From positions 7,104 through 71,103 of IMG/VR virus record IMGVR_UViG_3300025082_000006: a DNA stretch of 64,000 bases; one strand, given 5' to 3'. The stretch is from a virus. Shown piece after piece: positions 45,663 through 55,409 of the stretch (positions within the stretch are counted from its first letter, which is position 1; every line of letters begins with the position of its first letter). A model generated the notes under the pieces. The model saw only the letters and a program-made list of their open reading frames with translations. It was not told the origin of the DNA and searched no databases. A program made the position numbers and the translations under genes.

Positions 45663-46483
45663 TAGCTAATCCCCATGATAGTTTTAATACTGTCGGCGGA
45701 TATTCCCCCCACAGTTTTAACGCTGTCTCCGGCAAATCCTCCCACGTCTTTGATGCCCGAGGGAAAAGCAGCAGGCAATCCGTCGCTTAAATCCAGCCCT
45801 GCTCCGCTATTATAAAGACTCGCCACCTCATCAGGTGTGGCGGTTGCGTCCCATAGAGACACTTCGTCGAGATACCCTCGATAATTAGCTGAGTAAGGAT
45901 TGGTGCAAGTAAATTGTGGGCCTGAGCCAAGCATCAAGGCGCAGCCCATTGTTCCGGCCTGCCAGGCGGCGGTGGCCCGGCTGACGTCGAGCGCGCCATC
46001 AACATAAAATTTCATGTTGCTCCCATCACATGTGATCACTACATGGTGAAAGGCCGAAGTATCGTTGCCCGCGACTGTAACTTCGCTGTACCAATCTACA
46101 TCGGTGTCCGATGGGTGCCCATATCGCTTAAATCTTATTTTTTTGCTCACCCAGCCGATTAAAAAATCTTTTGCGCCGCTGCCGACTTCAGTACCCATAA
46201 CATAATCACTGCTGTTGGCGTACTGGAGCTTAGTCCAATATGATATGGTAAAAACACCGCTGTTTATGAAAGAAATATCACTTGTGTCGCCACAAGAGTG
46301 AATACAATCAACGGGGATGGCATCGCGGTCCCCCTGGTAAGAATAAGAGCCGCGAACTTTCTCTGCTGTTTCATAGCTGCCGCCAACCAGGGTGCCGTTC
46401 ATACCGTTTCCGGCATTTGAAGTGTCATTTGCGTTATTTTCGAATTGATAATAGCAGACCGGTTTGGAGCTTCCTAAAGCCAT
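45662..46483 (-). CDS. LamG/concanavalin-like virion protein with C-terminal 11-residue repeats
   Basis: YYQFENNAND, FTISYW, FHHVVIT, FYVDG, GYLDEVSLWD, LYNSG. Confidence 0.8.
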   Translation of the reverse strand: MALGSSKPVCYYQFENNANDTSNAGNGMNGTLVGGSYETAEKVRGSYSYQGDRDAIPVDCIHSCGDTSDISFINSGVFTISYWTKLQYANSSDYVMGTEVGSGAKDFLIGWVSKKIRFKRYGHPSDTDVDWYSEVTVAGNDTSAFHHVVITCDGSNMKFYVDGALDVSRATAAWQAGTMGCALMLGSGPQFTCTNPYSANYRGYLDEVSLWDATATPDEVASLYNSGAGLDLSDGLPAAFPSGIKDVGGFAGDSVKTVGGISADSIKTIMGIS

Positions 46484-46486
46484 GGC

Positions 46487-48322
46487 TTAACTCAGTTCAA
46501 TCCAGTTAGTTCCGGGATTGAAGTAAATGAGATTGGGATCTGCGCCTGCATAGCCCACAATGCGCGCATAACTGTCCGTTGCAGTGGGTGCCGCGCCGCT
46601 CATGTAGCCGCCGCCGGACCCTGATTCGATGTAAACTGCGCTGCCGGTGATGAAGGACCCGTTGAATCTTTCCGTATTAACCCATCCGCGGATTAACATG
46701 CCGCCGGCGTCTGATTCGGATCCTTGCGCGCTAGTGCCCAACGCAATTGCCAATAGGCTGTTATTGCCGGAGCCGGTTGCGTGAGCGGATGCGCTCATCC
46801 ATTGGCCACTGTTGTGTAAATAATAAATAGCGCCGGAGAGAAGTCCCGTATCGTTACCAAAACTAACGACGTCGCCGCCGCCGGCGTTGCTATCTAGGTC
46901 CGGGTTCCAGCGAACATCTAAGGTAACTTTTGGGCTAGTTGTGCCAACACCGACTCGGCCGACGTCACCAGAATTACTTCCAGTGACCTGGCACATTAAA
47001 ACTGTTTTGCCTTGGTCTTGATTTACTGTGCCCCCTTCAACTCTGAGTACAACTCCATCGCCTCCCTGCCCATCATAGTTCGGGGCTATCCCTATGGCCG
47101 CGGTGCCGGAAAGGTTAATCGTCCCAGTAAAAAGGGTTTGCGCATTAATAAAAAGTTGCGATTGTGTTTTATCAAAAGTGAGGTTGGCCTCGCCGCCAAA
47201 GCTGCCACCATCATTGAATTGAATTTGAGTATCTGAGCCCCCGGGTGAGCCTCCGCCGCCAGAAGAGGCAGTTAAAACTAATTGACCCTGGTTGTTGACG
47301 CCGACATAACTGCCCGGGCCTGCGATTGATCCGCTAGCGATTTCGTTAGCAGTTATGGTACCTGAAAGGTTAATTCCGTTAGTGGAACCTGAAGTGGATT
47401 CGATTATAAGGGCGCTTTCTCCTGCGCCCCAACTAATATAGCTGTGGCCTTGGCCCGACTCGGGATTGGAAAGAAGACTTCCTGTCCCTAGCCAAAGCTT
47501 TTTCTGCCCGTCGATGATGAAGTCGGCCGAAGTGCGCACTTTCTTAGCGGCGGTGTTGACACCAAAGTAGAGACCATTTTCTGGGTCTCCTTGGCCGGTG
47601 TCGGAACTTCCGGAGATTACAAATGCACCAACATTACCATCGGGTATGTGAAACGCCGCGCCGCCGCCCGAAACATCCAATAAATAAGTAGGAGCATAGT
47701 TGGCTCCGATCCCAACATTACCATTAGCGTCAACTTGCATTTTAGTGGCCGAAGCTATCTTAAAAGTTATGTTATTGCTGCCTTTGGCATTTAATTCAGT
47801 TGAGCCAGGCTGGCGCTGGCGCAGACAAAAATCTGTGTCGTTGGCGTTATCTTGGTGACAGAAAATAGCCATGTCAGAGTTTGCGCCGTCGTAGCCTAGG
47901 TGCGTACGGCCAATTTGAGCGGAAGCATCTTGGTCATCCATAACTAATAAGGGAACTGCAGCAGGGCCCGTTAAGGTGAGCGTTCCGCTTAAATAGTGAG
48001 ACCCGGTGTGATGAATGGTGCCGGTAACTGATAGTGCATTGGTCGATCCGTTAAATATGAGGCTTGATTCAATGCTTGCTGTTCCAGCGCTTTTATATGT
48101 TGCAACACCGTTTGCAGTCGAGCCATCAAAACTGATCCCCCCGCCGCTTCCGCCGGCTGGGAGATTTGTGAGGGCGGAGCCGTCGCCGGTAAATCCGACC
48201 GATGACGAAACAGCGCCTTGTACGTGCACGCTTCCTGTGAACTCGTGAGTGGTGGTAGTATCGCCTGACGCAATTGTTGATCCTGCAGTTTTTTTACCGC
48301 CCGATTGAAAATCTGATGGCAT
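46487..48322 (-). CDS. Gly/Ser-rich fibre protein with C-terminal anchor (cement-like) domain
   Basis: PGGSDTQIQFNDGGSFGG, GNVGIG / GRVGVGTTSP fibre repeats; C-terminal ...RIVGYA...IYFNP.TNWIEL. Confidence 0.7.
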   Translation of the reverse strand: MPSDFQSGGKKTAGSTIASGDTTTTHEFTGSVHVQGAVSSSVGFTGDGSALTNLPAGGSGGGISFDGSTANGVATYKSAGTASIESSLIFNGSTNALSVTGTIHHTGSHYLSGTLTLTGPAAVPLLVMDDQDASAQIGRTHLGYDGANSDMAIFCHQDNANDTDFCLRQRQPGSTELNAKGSNNITFKIASATKMQVDANGNVGIGANYAPTYLLDVSGGGAAFHIPDGNVGAFVISGSSDTGQGDPENGLYFGVNTAAKKVRTSADFIIDGQKKLWLGTGSLLSNPESGQGHSYISWGAGESALIIESTSGSTNGINLSGTITANEIASGSIAGPGSYVGVNNQGQLVLTASSGGGGSPGGSDTQIQFNDGGSFGGEANLTFDKTQSQLFINAQTLFTGTINLSGTAAIGIAPNYDGQGGDGVVLRVEGGTVNQDQGKTVLMCQVTGSNSGDVGRVGVGTTSPKVTLDVRWNPDLDSNAGGGDVVSFGNDTGLLSGAIYYLHNSGQWMSASAHATGSGNNSLLAIALGTSAQGSESDAGGMLIRGWVNTERFNGSFITGSAVYIESGSGGGYMSGAAPTATDSYARIVGYAGADPNLIYFNPGTNWIELS

Positions 48323-48336
48323 TGTGTTTGTTTCTC

Positions 48337-48744
48337 CTACTCAGTTAGACCAGAGCCAGTTAAATCATACATGTGATGGGGGTCAATTCCAGTCAAGTTT
48401 GCGACCACTTCAAAACCGTCATCAGCGTTGCTGACAGAAACACAACTAATAAAAACACCTGTACATTTGTGATGAAAAGTATAGCTCTGGTCGTCCGCTT
48501 GTAATGTAACGTAGTGATGACCGCCGATGACGTTAGTAGAGCTGGTTGAAGCGAAATGTAGCCTCAATACTGGGCCGTTTCCGGATCCAGAGGCTATAAC
48601 TGTAAAATCTCTTGTCACAAAAGGAAAATCGATTTGCGCTTCCAGGCCCGCGCCTAGTATCGAACCTGTTATATAAGGATGCCCTGATATTTGATATGAG
48701 CCTACATTTCTTAGTCCGACTCCGGATCCTGGGTTAAATACCAT
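48337..48744 (-). CDS. Hypothetical virion protein
   Basis: GLRNVGSYQISGHPYITGS; AAGGAG SD and ACTATTTA at 48763-48770. Confidence 0.65.
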   Translation of the reverse strand: MVFNPGSGVGLRNVGSYQISGHPYITGSILGAGLEAQIDFPFVTRDFTVIASGSGNGPVLRLHFASTSSTNVIGGHHYVTLQADDQSYTFHHKCTGVFISCVSVSNADDGFEVVANLTGIDPHHMYDLTGSGLTE

Positions 48745-48769
48745 CTTAAATCTCCTTTATATTAAATAG

Positions 48770-48997
48770 TTAGTTTAATTTCTTTTCTCTTTCGATTCTT
48801 AACTTCTCTAAAACTTTTTTTCTTTGGGCGCGTTCTCTCTTTCGTTTAATCGAAGGCTTCTCATATCGCATACGATCTTTAAAGTCTTCAATAATTCGTT
48901 CTTTTTTGCATTTTTTTGTAAATCTTCGAATCATTCTTTCTATATCTTCATTTTCATATCTTGGTTTAACTTCTACATTAATAGATCTTACAGCCAT
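48770..48997 (-). CDS. rpsU: 30S ribosomal protein bS21
   Basis: VEV...EDIERMIRRFTKKCKKERIIEDFKDRMRYEKPSIKRKR matches the bS21 pattern (YEKPS). Confidence 0.88.
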   Translation of the reverse strand: MAVRSINVEVKPRYENEDIERMIRRFTKKCKKERIIEDFKDRMRYEKPSIKRKRERAQRKKVLEKLRIEREKKLN

Positions 48998-49013
48998 TTA
49001 ATTTTGCCCTCTT

Positions 49014-49433
49014 TTAAATAAGATTTTTCCACTTATCGCCTCCTAGCGCCATGATCCCAGATATATCAACACCAGAATCATCCGGAGCTGTTCCGGCGAG
49101 GGGGCCATGAGAAGGACTGGTCCCGGGATTGCCCCCTTCTGTTAGTGGTTTTACACCTTCAAAAATTTCACTACCAAAACCAGTTGCATCAAGGACTTTT
49201 CTTTTTTGCTCTTTCGCCCTCTGGTATTTTTCTTCTTCTAACCGGTGTTTTTGCTGTTCAAGCAATTTTTGTTGTTTAGAATTGTCTTGTATGCTATTTT
49301 CTGTCAACACGGGTGACATTCCCTTGACCACTTCTGCGACAACATTAGAAAGAATTCCTTCTTCTAGAAGGGTTTCTCTAACACATTGTTTAATCAATGG
49401 CTTAAGGATGGTTTTTAATTCTGATCTTTTCAT
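49014..49433 (-). CDS. Hypothetical prohead-associated protein
   Basis: MKRSELKTILKPLIKQCVRETLLEE leader; VLTE and PLTE sites; next to the protease gene. Confidence 0.7.
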   Translation of the reverse strand: MKRSELKTILKPLIKQCVRETLLEEGILSNVVAEVVKGMSPVLTENSIQDNSKQQKLLEQQKHRLEEEKYQRAKEQKRKVLDATGFGSEIFEGVKPLTEGGNPGTSPSHGPLAGTAPDDSGVDISGIMALGGDKWKNLI

Positions 49434-49444
49434 ATTCCCTCTTT

Positions 49445-50053
49445 TTATAAAATATTATTAAGTGCTCGGTGGATTCTATCACCTTTTGTGAAAATTTGAT
49501 TTAAATTTCTTTCCAAACCTTCGCGCATAATATAGGCACCCCTGCAGGACGGCTCCGACACAGCGTCGAAACAAATTAATTGAAGATCTTCTTGTACTAT
49601 CTGAGACCCTTTATCTTTGTCTTCTTTTAGAGAACCCAAAGCTCGGGATGAAAAACCGAACATTACGCCGCTTTCATAAAGTCCTCTCAAAATATTTCCT
49701 GCTGGGGTACTTAAAACTTTAATAGATCCAAGAAGGCTTTTGCCGTCCCACCAAACTCTAGAAACCATGTGAGAAGCGTTTTTAAGATTGATTACACTTT
49801 CATCTGGGTGGTCGCACTCTCCGATGGCTCGACCCTCTTCAACCAGTTTCATATAATTTTTGACTTCACGCGTTAATACCTCATGAGGATATATTCGTCC
49901 ATTACCATTAAGGGCGTCTGATTCTTGTAGTTTTGCGGGGAAAATTAAACCGCCCGAAGCGTTTATTTTCTTTTCTCCCTCTGTCAAAAGATCTTGACAG
50001 CCGCGTTCATCACATTTTAATTCATAAAATTCTCGTAAAAGTACTTTTGACAT
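49445..50053 (-). CDS. Prohead core protease (T4 gp21-like)
   Basis: NGNGRIYP, GECDHP, ASH, TPAG, GFSSRALGS, FDAVSEPS..GAY. Confidence 0.92.
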   Translation of the reverse strand: MSKVLLREFYELKCDERGCQDLLTEGEKKINASGGLIFPAKLQESDALNGNGRIYPHEVLTREVKNYMKLVEEGRAIGECDHPDESVINLKNASHMVSRVWWDGKSLLGSIKVLSTPAGNILRGLYESGVMFGFSSRALGSLKEDKDKGSQIVQEDLQLICFDAVSEPSCRGAYIMREGLERNLNQIFTKGDRIHRALNNIL

Positions 50054-50146
50054 TTACTTTCCCTCTTCTGCGGGCGCGACCCGCGCGATATTAGAGCCGC
50101 CGCAACAGTGAGCAACCGGTCGCAACATCCATCTTTTCTTAATCAT
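50054..50146 (-). CDS. 30-aa peptide with CC motif (not in ORF track)
   Basis: MIKKRWMLRPVAHCCGGSNIARVAPAEEGK; AAGGAG SD; stop abuts the protease ATG. Confidence 0.5.
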   Translation of the reverse strand: MIKKRWMLRPVAHCCGGSNIARVAPAEEGK

Positions 50147-50468
50147 GATTACATTCTCCTTCATTCTTGTGGGTTATTTTAAACCCGAAATCATTAGCCA
50201 GAACACTCATTAAATAAGTAGTTCCAGATCCTAAACATCCTAAAATAAGCGCATTGGCTACGCTATACTCAAAAGTAAATAGTTCTGTGTGTCTATTAAT
50301 TCCAAACAAAAACATGCCTGCCCAAAAGCCCATACACAACGGGCAATGAAATAATTTTCCAAAACCATGTAGCCAATTTTTTGAAGGGCGTATTTTATTG
50401 AAAATTGAACCGAAAATTAAAATTTGAGTTAAGCCATAGGCTGCCAAGATAAAATATATTAATTGCAT
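50139..50468 (-). CDS. Membrane protein with CPxCxGxW motif (DUF1360-like)
   Basis: GSIFNKIR...LFHCPLCMGFWAG; several hydrophobic segments. Confidence 0.7.
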   Translation of the reverse strand: MQLIYFILAAYGLTQILIFGSIFNKIRPSKNWLHGFGKLFHCPLCMGFWAGMFLFGINRHTELFTFEYSVANALILGCLGSGTTYLMSVLANDFGFKITHKNEGECNHD

Positions 50469-50478
50469 TCACACCTCT

Positions 50479-51015
50479 TTATTCTTGATACATTCCATAT
50501 AAGCCATATGCCGTATTGATACCAGCATATTGGGTCATGGTACCTTTGCGTTTCTTGTGTGGCACTTGGCCAAGTTTAGTAGAATCTTCTTCATCTGGCT
50601 CTAAAAGCTCTTTCTCAAAATCATTCTCATATTTTTTAATTGCTTGATAGTGTGGTTGCTCTTCTAACAAGAAATGAACTATTGAATATAAAGTCATTTG
50701 AATAGAATCAACTTTGTCAGGCTCTGTGCTTTCTAATATTATCCCTTCTAAAGAACCGTAAATGTTGCCTCCATGAACTGTGCTGGGATCAACGACGCCT
50801 TTTCTGCTGAGATGGCTAAAAAGACGTGATTGCGTGGCATATATATGGTCGCCATATTGCTGTTTTGCTATTGCTAAAACTTTTTTATTTTTAGGAGATA
50901 GAACAATATCAATTTCTGGGTGGTCTAAAATTAATATATTGCCGTCTAAGGTTTTACGTGCTCTTAACTTTAATCGTGCATCAACAGGATTTTCAACTTG
51001 TACTTTAATAGTCAT
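50479..51015 (-). CDS. Hypothetical protein in the head cluster
   Basis: 178-aa ORF coupled to its neighbours. Confidence 0.7.
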   Translation of the reverse strand: MTIKVQVENPVDARLKLRARKTLDGNILILDHPEIDIVLSPKNKKVLAIAKQQYGDHIYATQSRLFSHLSRKGVVDPSTVHGGNIYGSLEGIILESTEPDKVDSIQMTLYSIVHFLLEEQPHYQAIKKYENDFEKELLEPDEEDSTKLGQVPHKKRKGTMTQYAGINTAYGLYGMYQE

Positions 51016-51833
51016 TATGATTCGATCTCGCTAGCTAAAGTTTGTATTTTTAAAATCTGCTGTAAAAATTCTCTATTGATTGGCTTTTGGTTTGATTCTT
51101 CTAAATGTTTTTTGATTTCTTTCATTTTAGAGGCCATGCTCTTATCTTGTTTAAGCTCATCTAACTCGAAAGAATTATTAATTTTTTTCTTTAAATTATT
51201 AATTTCTTCATTTAAGTAGATTTTAAAATCTACGCCGTTGTCTAGAAAAGAAAGAATGAACTTGTTAAGTAGTGCTTTTTGGTTTTCCAATAGGGCCTCA
51301 TTATATTGTTTATTGAATTTCTCAACAAACTTATTTACAATAAGCCCAGATAATTGTGTTTTTTTCTGTTTTTCTGTCTTTTTCTCTGAAATTAATTTTT
51401 TTAATACGCTCTCTTCGAGTAACACGCGATTTTTTACACTCACATCTTCCCCAAATATCTGTGACAAGGTGGCAATATCTTTATAATTTGGAACAAAATT
51501 AGAAAAAACTGTTTTTGATAGTTCCTTATTTATTTTTTTAATTAAGGTGCTTTGCTCATTAAAGACATGTTTTAAATCTAGCTTTTTGTATTCTTTCTTT
51601 GTCTCTTGAATCAATTTTTCAGCGCTGTGTTGAGATAAGTTTTGTGATTCTAATAAATTTTTAAAAAGCTGTAGTTCTTTGCCGATTTCAGTTTCTATTT
51701 TAAAGCATTCTTTTAAAATAGAAATTACTTTATTTCGTTGAATTATATTTTTGTTAACAGTTTGTTTAACTGTCTCCCTCACCAACATTTCATAAAGAAG
51801 GGCGGTATTTCTTTTTTTATTGTGTCTTGGCAT
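51015..51833 (-). CDS. Hypothetical helical protein between portal and protease (possible prohead core component)
   Basis: HNKKRNTALLYEML start; LLE and ISE sites; position. Confidence 0.65.
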   Translation of the reverse strand: MPRHNKKRNTALLYEMLVRETVKQTVNKNIIQRNKVISILKECFKIETEIGKELQLFKNLLESQNLSQHSAEKLIQETKKEYKKLDLKHVFNEQSTLIKKINKELSKTVFSNFVPNYKDIATLSQIFGEDVSVKNRVLLEESVLKKLISEKKTEKQKKTQLSGLIVNKFVEKFNKQYNEALLENQKALLNKFILSFLDNGVDFKIYLNEEINNLKKKINNSFELDELKQDKSMASKMKEIKKHLEESNQKPINREFLQQILKIQTLASEIES

Positions 51834-53817
51834 TGTCTTTTTCTTCCAGTTCTTGTATCAAGTTTTGTATGCTCTTATTCGTCTCAAGTAATATTTGTTC
51901 TTCATCATTGTAAATAGTATCTTTATTCTCAGAAATACCTTTTCCTAACCCAAGCAATTCAGAAGCGCCGGAGGGTAGCTGTCGTAATTGTCGAGCAGGT
52001 AAACGTGCCAGCTCATGAGATGCTTGTGCGCGGTAATGACGCTTCCGGGCACCGCTTTGACGTTTATCAGCTTTCACACGCTTGTACGCTTTTCCTTTTG
52101 ATCCAGGAGTTGTGTAAGTGCCATCTGGCTGTACTTTGATCTGCATCCAAGCTTTATCATCGCGTTTCCCGGGCGCGGCTAAAAGTGCAGTTTCAGCCTC
52201 TGGGCCTCCTGCTGCCTCTGGCGGAGGGCCGGCGGTTGGTTCTTCGGGCACCGCTTCTGCTTCACCTTCTGGCATTCCTTCCATGGGCGCGGTTTCTTCT
52301 CCTCCAAGAGGCATAGCTCCAGGCATGCCGCCCATTCCACCCGGGGTTGCGCCGGCCGCGGCTGCTTCTCCTTGTGCGAGTGCTTGAGTAAAGTGCATAT
52401 CATAAAACATTTCTCTTTGATTTCGTAAAAATTCTTCTTCAGACATGTCAAAAAGATTTCGAGCTAGCCACCGTTTACTGAAGAACCCTTCGGTAGCCTG
52501 TGCAGCCACTGTAAATTTAGTGTTCCATTGCTCAAGTTCTTGTAACTCTGCGATTTTAGAAGGGTTGTTTAATTTAAGATTAAAAGACAGTAAATCATCT
52601 CCTCTATAGCCAAGTGTATAGAGGTGAATAATTCCTATTTTTTCTAGCTCGGTTACAATAGACCTTTGAAGCCGCTGTACTGTTCTTGCAAAACGAATGT
52701 CTTTTTGTGCCAACGTTGCTTTGTCTTCGTCGCCCCCTTCTGCCCTAGACAAATAAGATGCTGGAACTTTTAATGCAGAAAACAGTTTATCTCTTAAGTA
52801 TTTAACGTCATCAATATCGCCAGTGTAAGTGCCGCCGGCTAAACTAGAAATTTCGGTGCCGATGCCGCCGCGCATTGGAACAAAATAATCTTCTTCGATG
52901 CTTAATGGATTATAGCGCAAATCTACGCGGCCGGTGTCTGGGTCTACTACTTGATTTCTTTTCATAGAAGTTATGATGCGCTGCATATATTGTTCAACTT
53001 CTTGTGGTGGGATGTTGCCCACGTCGACTTTAAATATTCTTCTTTCTGGGGCTCGAACAATTCGGTATGCCATCATCGCATCTTCTAGAAGAACTAACTG
53101 GCGCCAAATTCTTCTCGCACCATCCAAAATAGAAGTTCCATACGGGGCAAACTTATCATTTCCTAAAACTCTAAAATGCCCCATTTGCCAATTCTCAAAT
53201 GTTACGCCGCCGGAGTTCCATTGAAATTGCACATAATTTGGATTGGTTTTGTCTTCTCCTTCCATCCGCTCAATTTCTTGACTAGGGAGTCCAATGACTT
53301 GTTTAATGCCTAATTCTGAATCAACGTCAAGATACAAATAAAAATCGCCATATTTACACATGGTGCGGCACCAGCCAAATAAATTAAATCCAACATTTAA
53401 AACATTATAAAATAATGTATCTAAAATATTTTTCACTTCTTCATCGCTAGAATCGATTTGAAGAACTTTTGTAATGCCGCTGTGAGTCGTCATTTCATCA
53501 GCATAAATGTCTAATGCAGAAGAGATTTCAGGCGTATACTCCATTTGATCAAAGTCGGCATATCTCTGTAGGCGGGATTGTGTTCCCATCATATAAGAAG
53601 AATGATTATCAAAGGGGCTATAGCCGACTCTTTCGAACTTGTTACCAGCAACGTCTTTAAATGTTTTTGCGTATTTATCGAGGCGGCGGCGGCGGAGTTG
53701 TCTAGTATTTTGTGAACGATAATTAATTAAAGGCCCAGAAAATAATTTAGTTAATCTTTTATAAAGTGGAGAATCCGGATTTCGTGGATTTTTTTCATTT
53801 TTATTGGGAAGTGCCAT
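51817..53817 (-). CDS. Portal protein (T4 gp20-like)
   Basis: PEISSALDIYADE, PYGTSILD, LEDAMMAYRIVRAPERRIFKVDVGN, EDYFVP.R, DDVKYL..KLF.ALKVP. Confidence 0.96.
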   Translation of the reverse strand: MALPNKNEKNPRNPDSPLYKRLTKLFSGPLINYRSQNTRQLRRRRLDKYAKTFKDVAGNKFERVGYSPFDNHSSYMMGTQSRLQRYADFDQMEYTPEISSALDIYADEMTTHSGITKVLQIDSSDEEVKNILDTLFYNVLNVGFNLFGWCRTMCKYGDFYLYLDVDSELGIKQVIGLPSQEIERMEGEDKTNPNYVQFQWNSGGVTFENWQMGHFRVLGNDKFAPYGTSILDGARRIWRQLVLLEDAMMAYRIVRAPERRIFKVDVGNIPPQEVEQYMQRIITSMKRNQVVDPDTGRVDLRYNPLSIEEDYFVPMRGGIGTEISSLAGGTYTGDIDDVKYLRDKLFSALKVPASYLSRAEGGDEDKATLAQKDIRFARTVQRLQRSIVTELEKIGIIHLYTLGYRGDDLLSFNLKLNNPSKIAELQELEQWNTKFTVAAQATEGFFSKRWLARNLFDMSEEEFLRNQREMFYDMHFTQALAQGEAAAAGATPGGMGGMPGAMPLGGEETAPMEGMPEGEAEAVPEEPTAGPPPEAAGGPEAETALLAAPGKRDDKAWMQIKVQPDGTYTTPGSKGKAYKRVKADKRQSGARKRHYRAQASHELARLPARQLRQLPSGASELLGLGKGISENKDTIYNDEEQILLETNKSIQNLIQELEEKDNAKTQ

Positions 53818-53822
53818 TCATT

Positions 53823-55409
53823 TTATCCTTTCAGCAGCCAAAGAAATTCTTTCATTTTCTTTTTCTCGTCAACCATTTTTTCAAAAAGTTCTGTGTGCTT
53901 TGGTTTTTGCATGCCAGGTATGCGAGAATCAAGCTGTGTCTTGTTTGTTATTATACAATTTAAAAATGCTTTTTTATACTCTAAATCTCGTTGATTTTCA
54001 ATTAAAGCCGTATCTCTTACCCAGCATCCAATCGCACAAGCCATAATTAAATCATCATTGTAACTACGTTGGGCTTGTGGTTTCCCGTTTTTCCAAATAA
54101 AAGTATCTAACTCATTAATTAATCTCTTAGAATAAATAGTCAACATTTTATTTCTTATATATTCTTCAAACTTGGCAACTATTAAAGGTCGAGTTCTTAG
54201 TGAAGTAGTAAATCCTGCAATTGCGCTCGGAGTTGTCTCGGCCTGGTATTGATCAATATATTCATGGGAAGACTTAATTGAATGGTATACGTTGGGATAT
54301 ACTTTGTCCGCTAACTTCTCTAATACTGCAAACCCGACACTATTATTTTCTACAACAACCATGGCATTCCCATATTCTCGGCCCGCGTTATAAACTATCT
54401 CAGAAAACAAATCAAGTGTTACTTTTCCCTGGTATTCTGCAATAATCTCCATGGTCTCCAATTTGAAAATATGAAAAACAGAAAAGTCGGCGCCATCGCC
54501 GCGAGAAACGTCGGCAACAAGCAAATAAGTATTTTCTTGATTGAACTCTTCCCAAATCCAATAATTTCTATCGATACCTGTCCTGTGTTTTGGTTCTTGG
54601 ATCCTCTTTTTCAGCCACTGTATGTCATCTCCATCAATAACCGTTTCGCCTGATGTATTAAAATTGCACTCGTACTCTTGTGCAATTTGTCTTTTGCTCA
54701 TATTTTTAGTTTCTGTCTCAAACCATTCTTGATCTCTGTCTGGGTGTACATCCCACATTAAATGAACGGGGAAAAATTCATTTTGACCACTTTCAGATTT
54801 AATATAGGTCTCATGAAACCAGTCGCCAACACCATTTGGAGTTGACAGGGCGATGCATCGGCCACCAGTAGAAATTGTAGGATACAGCGCTGTCCACAAA
54901 TCAGTTAAATTTTCAACATGAGCGGCCTCATCGATCACCAACAATGACAATGATTCCGAACGGCCAGCATCGGCAGAAGTAGATGAGGCCTTGACTTGAG
55001 ATCCGTTACTTAATTCAAACGAGTTCTTATTATCAACATCAATATTGGCAATTTTTAACCAAGCTGGTAAATGTTTAATAATTCCTTTGACTTTCCGGAC
55101 AAGGTTTGCCGCTGTGCTTAATTTAGTTGCAACAACCAATACATTTTTGTCTCGATGAAAAAGCATTAGCCATGCAATATACCCAGCCACAATTGTAGAA
55201 ATGCCAAGCTGGCGTGCTTTAAGAATAACCGTAAACCGATGGTCATCAAAGGTTTCTAACAATTCATCTTGATAATCATATGTTTTAAATGGAATTAGGC
55301 CGTGGCCTGGGTGTGGTATTTTAGCGTAATTATTATTAAAATATTGAGAGCTTTTGCCGCACTTTAAGACTTCTTTTAAAATCTCTTTTTTTGTTAATTT
55401 GTAGCTCAT
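53823..55409 (-). CDS. Terminase large subunit (T4 gp17-like)
   Basis: YDYQ, KARQLGIST Walker A, VIDEAA Walker B, STPNG, ADVSRGDGADFS nuclease, ENNSVG, DDLIMA. Confidence 0.96.
   Translation of the reverse strand: MSYKLTKKEILKEVLKCGKSSQYFNNNYAKIPHPGHGLIPFKTYDYQDELLETFDDHRFTVILKARQLGISTIVAGYIAWLMLFHRDKNVLVVATKLSTAANLVRKVKGIIKHLPAWLKIANIDVDNKNSFELSNGSQVKASSTSADAGRSESLSLLVIDEAAHVENLTDLWTALYPTISTGGRCIALSTPNGVGDWFHETYIKSESGQNEFFPVHLMWDVHPDRDQEWFETETKNMSKRQIAQEYECNFNTSGETVIDGDDIQWLKKRIQEPKHRTGIDRNYWIWEEFNQENTYLLVADVSRGDGADFSVFHIFKLETMEIIAEYQGKVTLDLFSEIVYNAGREYGNAMVVVENNSVGFAVLEKLADKVYPNVYHSIKSSHEYIDQYQAETTPSAIAGFTTSLRTRPLIVAKFEEYIRNKMLTIYSKRLINELDTFIWKNGKPQAQRSYNDDLIMACAIGCWVRDTALIENQRDLEYKKAFLNCIITNKTQLDSRIPGMQKPKHTELFEKMVDEKKKMKEFLWLLKG

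Noticed and set aside
3673-55409. Inteins, introns or homing endonucleases in dnaE, nrdJ, helicase, recA or terminase
   Set aside because: The proteins are of normal length and continuous, with no intein or LAGLIDADG/HNH motifs seen.
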